From the NCBI GenBank assembly GCA_963830915.1, contig CAWHOE010000071.1, positions 1 through 53,709 of the forward strand: a stretch of 53,709 nt of DNA. The letters are read 5' to 3'. The stretch's first letter is position 1. The number at the start of each line of letters is the position of its first letter. Shown piece after piece: positions 10,151 through 19,575 of this stretch. Under the pieces are notes generated by a model, which did no database searches, was not told where the DNA came from, and worked only from the letters and a program-made list of their open reading frames with translations. Both the position numbers and the translations under genes were made by a program. Source of the stretch: a candidate division FCPU426 bacterium. Lineage in GTDB: Bacteria; Oederibacteriota; Muellerivitia; Muellerivitales; Muellerivitaceae.

Positions 10151-10336
10151 CCCCCCCCTTCCCCCATGCTTCTTTTGGGAATAATACCATGGGGCATGGG
10201 GACGTCCCCATTTTCATTTTTGTAATTTTCAAATGAAGAAATGGGGGTGAAAAAGGGGGTAGGGGGGTATTAGTTGTTGCCGAAATAGTTCGGAGAAACT
10301 AACTCCCCCTTATTCCCCCTCTTTCAGAGGGGGAGA
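10151..10336. repeat. REP-like poly-C/G palindromic repeat; inverted copy at about 23175-23270
   Basis: gaaaaaggggg..ggggggtattag..ctaactcccccttattccccctctttcagaggggga matches the reverse complement of 23175-23270. Confidence 0.8.
10161..10247. mobile_element. Double-hairpin miniature element (CCCCCAT...ATGGGGG) interrupting a REP-like repeat
   Basis: CCCCCATGC..GCATGGGG-ACGT-CCCCATTTTC..GAAATGGGGG; splits the CCCCCC-TTT-GAAAAAGGGGG hairpin that is intact in the copy at about 23250-23270. Confidence 0.6.
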
Positions 10337-10537
10337 CGTTGCGACCAACCAATTGACGAAAGTCCAGATCAAGTTGCGCTTTGCGGTTAGGAATGAAATT
10401 GTACACTTGTTCGGCTTTGGCCGGGTCGATGAAATCATGAGAAGGGGTCGGCCTTGACGGTTTGGGAGGGGGTGAATAGGATAGGCTCTTCCAAAAGCGG
10501 CCCGCTTTGGCATTCCCTTCGGCGACCGGAACGATCG

Positions 10538-10924
10538 ATGACCCAGCGAAAAAAAAGCCTTCCCCTTCCTTCCCATCGCGGCCCCTGGCTCTTTTTGGGT
10601 TGGGTTTTGGCCTTGGTTTTCTGGGGCTTTTTATTGGTCCAGCATCCGGCCTATAGCTTCCGTATCTGGGGATACCTTCAACCCTCCACGGCCCAGTCGG
10701 CCCTGGACGTGGTCTTTTTGTTCCTTCTGTTCAACCTCGGCATCGCGGCGCTTCACTCCGCCAGGACGGTCACGGTCAGCCTGGTATCCCTGGTGGGTTT
10801 CGGGTTCTTGAGCCTGTACGAGGCCCTTCTGGGTGCGCCTGAAGTGGCTTTTGGACAATGCCTTTTGATCTTCCTATCCTGGCCGGCCCTTTCCGCCGGA
10901 ACGACCACGGGGAGGAAGTCATGA
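10538..10924 (+). CDS. Small membrane protein of the Mrp-like cluster (DUF4040/MnhB-associated)
   Basis: Hydrophobic; LYEALLGAPEVAFGQ resembles the DUF4040 APDVA motif; first gene of the operon. Confidence 0.6.
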   Translation: MTQRKKSLPLPSHRGPWLFLGWVLALVFWGFLLVQHPAYSFRIWGYLQPSTAQSALDVVFLFLLFNLGIAALHSARTVTVSLVSLVGFGFLSLYEALLGAPEVAFGQCLLIFLSWPALSAGTTTGRKS

Positions 10925-11451
10925 GGATACTTTCCTGGGGCTTCACTGTACTTCTAGGCGCGGTCCTGCTCTATGCTTGTGTCCAGTTCCCCCATCCTTC
11001 CGACCCCAGTTCCACCCTGTCCCTCCACGTCTCTTCCCGTTTTACCGATAGCGCGTTGAAGGAAACGGGTTTGGCCGGTGTCCCGGCGGTCCTGGGGGAT
11101 TACCGAAGTTTCGACCTACTGGTCCTGGCGTTCCTGTTTTTCACCTCGGCCCTGTTGGGCCTGGTGGTCCTCTACGGCGAGAAACCCCTGGCGTTCAACC
11201 GCCCGGCCCTCCTGGGGTTATTCATCGCTTTTCTCGGGGTGGGTTTGGACCTGACGGTCGGCACCTATTGTTTTTACCGGGGCGGTAATTTCTTGGACTA
11301 TGAACCCTGGGTCCTTCTCTTCAAGCCTGGCACGGCCCGTTGGGTTGGCTCGGGTGTGTTGGGGTTGGGCACGGCCCTGGCTTTTTTGGGGGCGGTCCTG
11401 ACCTATAGCTACGGCTTGACCCCGGCGTCAAAGGATCGACATGAACCTTGA
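10921..11451 (+). CDS. MnhB/MrpB-like subunit
   Basis: VPAVLGDYRSFDLL resembles the conserved VtailadYRgfDTlgE motif; ATGA overlap with the previous gene. Confidence 0.7.
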   Translation: MRILSWGFTVLLGAVLLYACVQFPHPSDPSSTLSLHVSSRFTDSALKETGLAGVPAVLGDYRSFDLLVLAFLFFTSALLGLVVLYGEKPLAFNRPALLGLFIAFLGVGLDLTVGTYCFYRGGNFLDYEPWVLLFKPGTARWVGSGVLGLGTALAFLGAVLTYSYGLTPASKDRHEP

Positions 11452-11773
11452 TTGGTCCAGTACCTTCCATTACGGCCTGCTGGTGGTCCTTTCCCTCGTG
11501 GGATTCAAGGGATTGTTTTCCCAGACGGACCTGTTGAAGAAAGTTGTCGCCTTCATCGTGTTCCAATCGGGGTTCATCCTTCTGCTCCTTTCCCTGGCCC
11601 AAAGGTCCGCTGTGTCGGGTCTGGAAAACCATCCCTTTCCCCATGCCCTGGCACTGGCGGCCCTGGCCGCGACCCTGGGGGTCGTCCTTTCGCTTTTCGC
11701 CCTTTGCTCGGCCATCCAGGGCAAGCATGAAACGCTCGAAAGCGAAGAGCTTTCCAAACGGATGAAACCATGA
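11441..11773 (+). CDS. MnhC/MrpC-like subunit (NuoK family)
   Basis: 110 aa, 3 TM; DLLKKVVAF..FQSG and NHPFPHALAL resemble the NPLPqAlvLT motif. Confidence 0.75.
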   Translation: MNLDWSSTFHYGLLVVLSLVGFKGLFSQTDLLKKVVAFIVFQSGFILLLLSLAQRSAVSGLENHPFPHALALAALAATLGVVLSLFALCSAIQGKHETLESEELSKRMKP

Positions 11774-13281
11774 GATTCGACCAGCCGTTCCTTATCCTTT
11801 TGTCCCTCCTTTTGGGGGCGGGGTTGGCGGTCTTGACCTCTTTTATTTCCATCCGCCTGACCAAACTGGCCGCGGCCTTAAGCGTCCTGGCCAGCCTTTA
11901 TTTTTCCATCCAGTCTTTCCCGGTGCTTTTGGCCAATGGCCCCTGGCATTACGAATTGGGGGGATGGGCCCCGCCCTGGGGCATCGAGCTGGTGATCGGG
12001 TCCTTCACCTGTTTCTTCGGTTGTTTGATCCTTTCCATGGCCCTCTTGACCCTGTTCTATTCCCGGCACCTGCGCCTGCCGGGCCCCATGGGGTTGTGGA
12101 AAGAAAAGGTCCTTCACCCGCTCTTGCTGGTCCTGACCGCCTCGGTTTTGGGAATGATCTTCGTTCGGGACGTCTTTACTCTTTATCTCTTGTTGGAAGT
12201 TTCCATCCTGTCGGCGGCGGGGTTGCTGGCCTGTTTCGGGGATAGGAATTGGGTGGATACCTTTTACCTGGTCCTGTGGGGGAGTGTTTGCGCTTCCTTG
12301 TTCCTGGCGGGGGTCATCGTGCTTTACGCCGTCACAGGCACCACCCACCTGGACGACATCCTGGCCCAATTGTTCATCGCCAAGAACGAGGCGGCGGTTC
12401 TGACCGGCGGGTTTTTCCTCACCTTCGCCTGGACCTACCATTTCAATTTTCTCTCGCCTTTTTTCTTTCCCAGGCTCCTGAACCACCTGCCCTCCTATGT
12501 CCTGGGTTTCTTCTCCTCGGTCATGGTCCGGGTGGCGGCCTATCTGTTGTTCATTGTCTATTTCTTCGCCCTGGGCGTGCCTGGGTTCACCCCGCCTTTC
12601 TGGCTGACGGTCCTGGAATACCTAGTGGCTTTCTCTTTCCTGGCCGATTTCTTTTTCGCTTCCCGGCAGAAGGATTTTCAGCACGCCCTAGCCTTCTTGA
12701 GCCTGGGCCAGCTCAGTTTTCTTTTCCTGGGGTTCCTTTTGGGGAACAAGAGCGCCCTGACGGGAAGCCTGATGGAATTATTGAGCCAGGTCTTGGTGGT
12801 TTCGGGGCTTTTCCTTATCGCCGAGAACCTGAGGGAGGGGGCGGGCGCCCATCCCCTGTCCCGTTTGGCGGGGTTGGTCCGGCACAGGCCCATGACGGGG
12901 CTGGCCCTGGTCATCTTCATTTCCTCCATCGCGGGGGTGCCGCCCACGGGGGGGTTCTTCGGGAAGTATTACCTGATCCAGGGGGCCCTGGAAAAACACG
13001 ACTGGGTCATCCTGGCGGCCCTAGGGCTGACCATCGCCTTTAATTTCTTTTATTTCGCCAAGCTCACCGGCTTCCTGGTGGAGCACCGAGAAACCTACCC
13101 CGCCCAGCCAGCCTCGTCCTTCGCCTCCAAACTGCCCATCCTTCTGTTGGCGGTGGGGGTGATCCTGCTGGGCATGTTCCACCAGGGCATCATCCACGAC
13201 TATGTGGAACCGGCCCTGCCCAAGGCCTTTCAGAACCTGCCGGTACCCAATGTGCCCTTCCTGGGCAAGGCCGTGGAGTAG
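11770..13281 (+). CDS. MnhD/MrpD-like proton-conducting membrane subunit, divergent
   Basis: YELGGWAPPWGIEL, DVFTLYLLLEV, AGVPPTGGFFGKY motifs; about 14 TM. Confidence 0.85.
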   Translation: MRFDQPFLILLSLLLGAGLAVLTSFISIRLTKLAAALSVLASLYFSIQSFPVLLANGPWHYELGGWAPPWGIELVIGSFTCFFGCLILSMALLTLFYSRHLRLPGPMGLWKEKVLHPLLLVLTASVLGMIFVRDVFTLYLLLEVSILSAAGLLACFGDRNWVDTFYLVLWGSVCASLFLAGVIVLYAVTGTTHLDDILAQLFIAKNEAAVLTGGFFLTFAWTYHFNFLSPFFFPRLLNHLPSYVLGFFSSVMVRVAAYLLFIVYFFALGVPGFTPPFWLTVLEYLVAFSFLADFFFASRQKDFQHALAFLSLGQLSFLFLGFLLGNKSALTGSLMELLSQVLVVSGLFLIAENLREGAGAHPLSRLAGLVRHRPMTGLALVIFISSIAGVPPTGGFFGKYYLIQGALEKHDWVILAALGLTIAFNFFYFAKLTGFLVEHRETYPAQPASSFASKLPILLLAVGVILLGMFHQGIIHDYVEPALPKAFQNLPVPNVPFLGKAVE

Positions 13282-13404
13282 TCCTCGGCTTTCGTTGACC
13301 AAAAGCCGGTCATCGATGACCAAAGTACCTGTTCTCGGTGACCAAAAGGATGTTCTCGATAACACCTATACCGAGGTCACAAACCGAGGTATATGCCTTG
13401 GTTG

Positions 13405-13484
13405 TGCCGATTCACCAATAAAATAGGTGTATTGGAAATCGGTACTATACCGACCTCTTTAAAATCTTTATGGGAGGGTCGGCA
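13405..13484 (-). mobile_element. TGCCGA double-hairpin miniature element, copy 1
   Basis: TG[tgccgat...gtcggca]TG; empty allele ggtTGtaccggtccc at 13761-13775. Confidence 0.85.
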
Positions 13485-13724
13485 TGTGCCGGTCCCAATG
13501 GGACTGGTACATTCCCCCCGGTTATCGATGACAAAGACCGGTTCCCGATAACCAAAACACCCTGTTATCGATAACCAACCCCCTGTTCCCGGTGACCAAA
13601 TGCATGTTCTCGAGAACATTTCCTCTGGTTATCGATGACAAAGGCATGTTCCCGATAACCAAAATACCCATTTATCGATAACCAACCCCCTGTTCTCGGT
13701 AACCAAAAGGATGTTCTCGATAAC

Positions 13725-13787
13725 ACCTATACCGAGGTCACAAACCGAGGTATATGCCTTGGTTGTACCGGTCCCAATGGGACTGGT
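13725..13787. mobile_element. 63-bp ACC...GGT miniature insert (other copies at 13364-13508 and 13876-14021, each containing a TGCCGA element)
   Basis: Flanked by AC on both sides; an empty-like host gagaac|atttcctctggttatcg at about 13612-13635. Confidence 0.6.
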
Positions 13788-13916
13788 ACATTCCCCCCGG
13801 TTATCGATAACAAAGGCATGTTCCCGATAACCAAAACACCCTGTTATCGATGACCAACCCCCTGTTCTCGATGACACCTATACCGAGGTCACAAACCGAG
13901 GTATATGCCTTGGCTG

Positions 13917-13996
13917 TGCCGATTCACCAATAAAATAGGTGTATTGGAAATCGGTACTATACCGACCTCTTTAAAATCTTTATGGGAGGGTCGGCA
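13917..13996 (-). mobile_element. TGCCGA double-hairpin miniature element, copy 2
   Basis: Same sequence as copy 1; TG on both flanks. Confidence 0.85.
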
Positions 13997-14173
13997 TGTG
14001 CCGGTCCCAATGGGAACCGGTACCAAAACACCCTATTATCGATAACCAACCCCCTGTTCTCGGTGACCAAAAGGATGTTCTCGATGACCGGCCAACATTA
14101 ACTTATCCCCGTTTTATATGGTTCCACTTGCACCTGCATACAAACGCATCTTAAATACCCATAGGAGGTTGCT

Positions 14174-14410
14174 ATGAGGACGACCATTGAGATCAAAGAC
14201 AAGTTGAGAGTTGAACTCTTGAGGCGGGCGACTCAGGAAGGCACAAAGGGGTTCTCCCACATCATTGAAAAGGCTTTGGTGAACTATTTTGACCAGGAGG
14301 ACAAAACGATGGATCTGCGCAAGAAGGCCCTGGGTTTAAAAGGTTGTTTGAACCGTTCGGAGGCCGAAAAACTTTACGCGGAAACCAACAAGATCAGGGC
14401 ATCTTGGTGA
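14174..14410 (+). CDS. Ribbon-helix-helix VapB-like antitoxin
   Basis: 78 aa, MRTTIEI.D.L N-terminus typical of RHH antitoxins; AGGAGG RBS. Confidence 0.7.
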   Translation: MRTTIEIKDKLRVELLRRATQEGTKGFSHIIEKALVNYFDQEDKTMDLRKKALGLKGCLNRSEAEKLYAETNKIRASW

Positions 14411-14493
14411 TAAGGATCGAGGACAAAGATGTTTTGATTGATTGTTTGCCGATTAACCCTTTCAGCAGTCATTCCTGCAAACGTCACTTTTAA
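14407..14493 (+). pseudogene. Remnant of a VapC/PIN toxin N-terminus
   Basis: GTGA overlap with the antitoxin stop; VIRIEDKDVLIDCL resembles the PIN start (xxxDTDVLIDxL); stop after 28 codons. Confidence 0.45.
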
Positions 14494-14686
14494 TAGAATT
14501 TTAAATGTGGCTGTACTATTCATTAATTTCGATGACAGGTCTAGCGCGAATGGAGGGATAGTCAAAGTTACAGAAACCTCCCCGGCGCCAAACCCATAAT
14601 TAGAAAAGCTCAGTTTAAGACCGTTTTAGTGACCTGAAATTGGAAGCTGGTGTGGCGGGAGAGGGATAGAATAATTAGGTCGTTGG

Positions 14687-14717
14687 TGTCCACGACGGGG
14701 ACCCATCCTGGATATCC
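14687..14717. repeat. 31-bp palindromic direct repeat, left copy
   Basis: tgtccacgacggggacccatcctggatatcc; 27/31 identical to 15636-15666. Confidence 0.75.
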
Positions 14718-14774
14718 CTTTTGGCATCAAAGAGGTAAAATAACGACCTTGTAAGTCGTTCATTACGGAGACTT

Positions 14775-15614
14775 ATGAAGTTTTATCTTCCAAAAATATT
14801 ATTTGTTTTTATTTCATTAGGGTTCTTTATACCGGCCAAATTACATACTCAACTTTCCAATTCCACATTGACCAAAATACCCGATTCTTCTTCGACATCT
14901 GGGACTGTGCCGGCACTACCCACACATTTCACAATTGAGGCAGGAGATGGGATGGCTCATTTAACGTGGGATAAAATTCCCAATGCCAGGTTTTATTCGA
15001 TTTATGTTTCGGATGACGGAAAAAATTTTACCCCAAGGATTGATTGGAAAATAAACGTAATTGATCTTGGCGGATTGGATAACGGGAAGACTTATTATTA
15101 CGGAGTTGAATCCATTGGTTTTAACGGACAAAAGAGCGAAATGGTTGTCCAGTCTGTGATACCAAATAAAACTTCAGAAGTGAAAAAGTGGATGATTCAG
15201 CTTACACCAACTGGAAATCCCGATTTAGACCCAGAGCCTGTTGGAAAGGAAGAGTGGGCCGAATGGTATGCAAAACAACCGTTACCGGTCATCGGAACAC
15301 CCGGAGGCATAAAAAATCCAAAACCCCAACCCAATCCTCCTACCAATTTTATGATTGAAGCAGGTGATGGCTTTGCTCATATGTCTTGGGATGATATGCC
15401 ACAGGCTCGAGGTTATATTCTGTTTGTATCGGAGGATGGCCAAAAGTTTAAAAGGCAATTTAAACAGCCATTCAAGAAAAACGACATAACAGTTAGGCTA
15501 TTACAAAACGGGAAAACTTATTATTTTGGAGTTGAATGCGTTGGCCCTTATGGTGAGAAAACAAAGATGATGGTTCAATCAGTTGTTCCAACAAAAGGCA
15601 AGAGTCTAAAATAA
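14775..15614 (+). CDS. Secreted protein with two fibronectin type III-like domains, AT-rich
   Basis: Signal peptide; internal duplication PTxFxIEAGDGxAHxxWD...LxNGKTYYxGVE. Confidence 0.8.
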   Translation: MKFYLPKILFVFISLGFFIPAKLHTQLSNSTLTKIPDSSSTSGTVPALPTHFTIEAGDGMAHLTWDKIPNARFYSIYVSDDGKNFTPRIDWKINVIDLGGLDNGKTYYYGVESIGFNGQKSEMVVQSVIPNKTSEVKKWMIQLTPTGNPDLDPEPVGKEEWAEWYAKQPLPVIGTPGGIKNPKPQPNPPTNFMIEAGDGFAHMSWDDMPQARGYILFVSEDGQKFKRQFKQPFKKNDITVRLLQNGKTYYFGVECVGPYGEKTKMMVQSVVPTKGKSLK

Positions 15615-15635
15615 GGAATAAAAGCTGAAAAACCT

Positions 15636-15666
15636 TGTCCAAGACTGGGACCCATCATGGACATCC
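15636..15666. repeat. 31-bp palindromic direct repeat, right copy
   Basis: tgtccaagactgggacccatcatggacatcc. Confidence 0.75.
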
Positions 15667-15777
15667 GTCTACATTTAATACCCCCAAATAGCCTTCATAA
15701 GCCCACCAATTAAGACCCTTCATTTTTCAATGATTGAGCCGATAATAGAGACAGATCATAAATAACGAGGTCAATCC

Positions 15778-16119
15778 ATGGTCAAGATCGAAGCCGTCAT
15801 CAAGCCCCATAAACTGGACGCCGTCAAGGAAGCCCTGGTCAAGGTGGGCGTATCCGGCATGACGGTCACCGAGGTGCGGGGATTCGGCAAACAAAAGGGC
15901 CACGAGGAACTGCTCGGGGGCGACACGGTGACCATCGAGTTCCTGCCCAAATTGAAACTGGAAGTGGTATGCCGGGACGAGGACAGGGAAAAGATAATGG
16001 AAGCCCTCTCCAGGGCGGCCAAGACCGGCAAGATCGGGGATGGAAAGGTGTTCGTGATCCAGGTGCAAGACGCCTTGCGCATCCGTACTTCCGAAAAGGG
16101 CGACCTGGCCCTGCAATAA
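15778..16119 (+). CDS. glnB: P-II family nitrogen regulator with atypical T-loop
   Basis: KIEAVIKP.KL..VKEAL, GMTVTEVRGFG, TGKIGDGKVFV, RIRT; GlnB versus GlnK cannot be decided from sequence. Confidence 0.9.
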   Translation: MVKIEAVIKPHKLDAVKEALVKVGVSGMTVTEVRGFGKQKGHEELLGGDTVTIEFLPKLKLEVVCRDEDREKIMEALSRAAKTGKIGDGKVFVIQVQDALRIRTSEKGDLALQ

Positions 16120-16155
16120 CGACAAAAAAAGAATATTTAACCACCAAGGGCACCA

Positions 16156-16233
16156 TGCCGACCTTCAAATTAATAAATTATTTGAGGAGGTCGGTATAGT
16201 ACCGATCTCAATTTATTTTTTGGGAAATCGGCA
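16156..16233 (+). mobile_element. TGCCGA double-hairpin miniature element, copy 3
   Basis: caagggcacCA[tgccgac...aatcggca]CAagttcaccaag, inside a CACCAAG nonamer repeat. Confidence 0.85.
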
Positions 16234-16326
16234 CAAGTTCACCAAGAAAGGCAAAAAAAGAGATTTGATTTACGGATTAAACAATAATTATTGTTTTTAG
16301 TTTTACTTGGTGCCTTGGTGAACTTG

Positions 16327-16403
16327 TGCCGATTATCTGATTAATTCGTTATTGGAAATCGGTACTATACCGACCTCATTAATTGCTTTATTGATGGTCG
16401 GCA
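16327..16403 (-). mobile_element. TGCCGA double-hairpin miniature element, copy 4
   Basis: ggtgaactTG[tgccgat...gtcggca]TGgtggttcaaa. Confidence 0.85.
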
Positions 16404-16444
16404 TGGTGGTTCAAATGGTTTGATCTTTTAGTTAGAGGCCCTTC

Positions 16445-19400
16445 ATGACCCGCGCCCTGCTTTCCATCCTCGCCTCACCCGAACCACCCGCCTCACCCGA
16501 ACTCTTGAAGGCTCTTCGGCCCTATGGCTTCAAGAATCCGATGAAAGCCTGGAAGGAGATGTCCTCGTTCTTCCAGAATCCCTTCGACCGAGAATCCTGG
16601 GGGGCGGTCGTGCCCCTGATGCTGGTTGAATTCTCCAAGTCCGCGGACCCGGACCTATCCCTGGCCCAGTTCGTCACCTTTACCGAGAACAGTTTCCACC
16701 GGACCCAGCTATTCGAGTACCTGCTGAAGGCCCCCTCCGCCCGGGAGGCTCTGGCTAAGATATTCGGGTTGAGTCCCTACCTGGCTTCCATCCTCTACCA
16801 ACAACCAGCTTTGCTTTACTGGCTTTTCGATGAGGACGGGCTCTATTCCAAATTTTCCAAGGTCCGGTTGTTGGAAGCCATGGGATCGGAAGTTGGCACG
16901 GCCGACGACCTGGAAGGTAAACTGAACGCCCTTCGGAGGGTCAAGAAACGCCAAATGCTGCGCATCGGCGCCAGGGACCTGTTGGGACTGGCGGACGTCA
17001 AGCAACTGACCTTCGAGCTTTCCGGCCTGGCGGACGGCCTGTTGGAAATGACGTCGCGGCTGGGCCAGGAAAAGTTGGGGCCGCCCCGGCCGGCGGCCGT
17101 TTCGTGGTGTTGGGCATGGGAAAACTGGGGGGTCAGGAACTCAACTACAACTCGGATGTGGACCTGCTTTTTCTCTACGAGCCTAACGGTTCGGAGGATA
17201 AAGAAAAGAGCCGCCGTTATTACAACGAACTGGCCGAGTGGATCATCCATGCCATGGCCGACCCCAGCCCCCAGGGCAACCTCTTCAAGGTGGACATGCG
17301 TTTGAGGCCCGAGGGCATGGGGGACATGGCCAAGACCTACGAGTCCTACCTGGAACATTATGAGACCCGAAGCCAGCCCTGGGAATTGCAGGCCCTCATC
17401 AAGGCCAGGCCTTGCGCCGGCGACAAGGAACTGGGGGAGCGGTTCCTGAAGGACCTGGAACCCCTGATCTACCGAAAGAGCTTTGATCCCTCCATCCTGA
17501 AGGAAATGCGGGAGATCATGAGCCTCATCAAGAAGAAGATGGAGACCAAGGGCAGCGCGAAAACCAATGTCAAACTGGGGAAGGGAGGCATCCGGGAGAT
17601 CGAGTTCATGGTCCAGCTTTTCCAATTGGTCCACGGGGGCCAAAGGCCGGAGATCCGCCGGGCCAATACACTGGAAGCCCTGGAGATACTGGAAAAGAAC
17701 GGCCTGTTATTGAAGACGGACGCGGTCTTCCTGGCCGAAGCTTACCGATTCCTGCGCAACACCGAGCACCATCTTCAGATGGTCCAGGGTCTTCAAACCC
17801 ACACTCTTCCCAAGAAACCGGCGGACATGGAAAGACTGGCCAGGTCATTGGGGTTCAAGCCGCCGGGCGAGGGCTTGGCGTCCGCTTATTTCAAAGCCTA
17901 TTTCTTGGAAGTCACCTTGAGGGTGAATTCCCTTTACCGCGAGGTGTTCAAGATCAAGGACCGGGTGGACCCCTCCGCTCAAGTGGTCCAGGCGTCCCTG
18001 GAGGAAAACAGGGAAGAACTGGAAAGGAACCTGGAAGCGGGATTCTTTTTCGACTCTTCCCAGGCCGCCTCCAACCTGATGGCCCTTTCCCGGCGGCTCA
18101 AGAAATCCTCCGGGCCCAAGGGAGAGATCCTCTGGGCATCCTTTGTGCCGGACCTGTTCAAGGGACTGAAAAAAGTGCCCCATCCCGACCGGGCCTTGAA
18201 CCAGATGGAAAGTTTCCTGAGGGCGACCTCCCTGCCGGACCTTTACATCCGCTATCTGCGGGAAAACCCGAAGCTCTTCGATCTTTTGTTGGAACTTTTC
18301 TCCAACAGCCTGTTCCTATCCCGAGATCCTCATCGTCCATCCCGGGAATTTCGACATCGTGCTTCGGGCCTTGAGCGAGAAAACGCCCCAGTCGGTGCAG
18401 GATTTCATCCAGAACCTGGAGGAGAGGCTGGCGGAGGCTCCGGGCTGGGACGAAAAGTTGAACCTCTTGAGGGATGTGCGAAACGGCGAGATCCTACGGG
18501 TGGGGATGCAGGACCTGTTGGGCAAAAGGGACCTGTTCGATTGTTTCGCCGAGCTTTCCCGGCTGGCCACGGCCCTGACCCGCTCGGCCCTGGGCGTGGC
18601 CACGGACCAGATGGGGCTGCCGACCAGGTCCCAGTGCCCTTCCGTACCCAAGGGGTTCTGCGTGATGGCCATGGGTAAGCTGGGCGCCAGGGAAATGAAT
18701 TACGGGTCGGACCTGGATGTCCTCTATATATACGGGGATGAGGAAGGCAAGGAGATAGGTTTTCAGACCTACCTGAAACTGGCCGAGACCTTCGTGAAGA
18801 CCGTGGCGTCGCCCACCGACCACGGCATCGCCTACAAGGTGGACGCCAGGCTGAGGCCCATGGGCCGGGAGGCCCAGATGGTCCACTCGGTGGAAGCCTA
18901 CCGGCAATATTTCAGCGCTTATGGACAGGCGGCGGAAAGGCTGGCCTATACCAGGGCGGTGTTCCTGGCCGGGGACCGGGAGGTCGCCCTTCAGGTGGAA
19001 AAGGAGATCGAAAAGTTCACCTACGCCAAGGGTTTGAGTCGGAAGGACCTAGACGAGATCTACGACATCCGGGGACAGATGGAGGAAAAGGCCAAGAAAG
19101 CCAAGGGCATTGAGATCAAGTTATCGCCCGGAGGGATCGTGGATATCGAGTTCTTCGTTCAGGTCCTCCAGGTCGCCCTGGGCGAGGAACACCCTGAACT
19201 TCGGGTGCCCCATATCCCCACCGCCATGCGATACCTGAGGGAAGAAAGGATCGTTCCCGTCGAGGTGTTGGACGAATTGCGGGACGCTTACCGGTTTTTC
19301 AGGCTCATCGAGGCGCGCCATCGGATGGTCCGGGAGACGGCGGATGATGAACTGCCCGAGGAGCCGGAAAGACTGGTGCGCCTGTCCTGGCGCATGGGTT

Positions 19401-19513
19401 TGGGCCATGAGAAACTGGCGGGGGAACAGTTGGTGGAGAAGATCGAAAGGACACAGGTTAGGGTGAGGGAATTGTTCAAAAGACTACCCGAATGGGTCAA
19501 ATTCTCTCATTGA
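16445..19513 (+). CDS. glnE: Glutamine synthetase adenylyltransferase/adenylyl-removing enzyme, split by two compensating frameshifts (~17085 and ~18320)
   Basis: Two NT domains (MGKLGGQELNYNSDVD, MGKLGAREMNYGSDLD), VDMRLRP/VDARLRP, KLGKGGIREIEF/KLSPGGIVDIEF; the joined span is 1023 codons including the stop. Confidence 0.9.
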
Positions 19514-19525
19514 AATCGAGTTGAA

Positions 19526-19565
19526 AATAAAAAGGCGATCCCGAAGAGGGACCACCCTTTTTATT
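19526..19565. terminator. Probable bidirectional intrinsic terminator
   Basis: aataaaaagg..tccc-gaaga-ggga..cctttttatt between convergent genes. Confidence 0.55.
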
Positions 19566-19575
19566 GAGCCTTCGC

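Larger units (their letters stand above)
13290..14090. repeat. Degenerate ~21-bp tandem repeat array (GTT[A/C]TCG[A/G]T[A/G]ACCAAA...) carrying nested insertions
   Basis: gttatcgataac/gttctcggtgac cores recur every ~21 nt; three higher-order blocks. Confidence 0.85.

Noticed and set aside
13290..14090. CRISPR array
   Set aside because: No constant repeat with unique equal-length spacers; the intervening sequences are themselves repeated; no cas genes
14575..14665. Possible further hairpin element (cctccccggcgcca...tggtgtggcgggagagg)
   Set aside because: Pairing is imperfect and there is no second copy in the window
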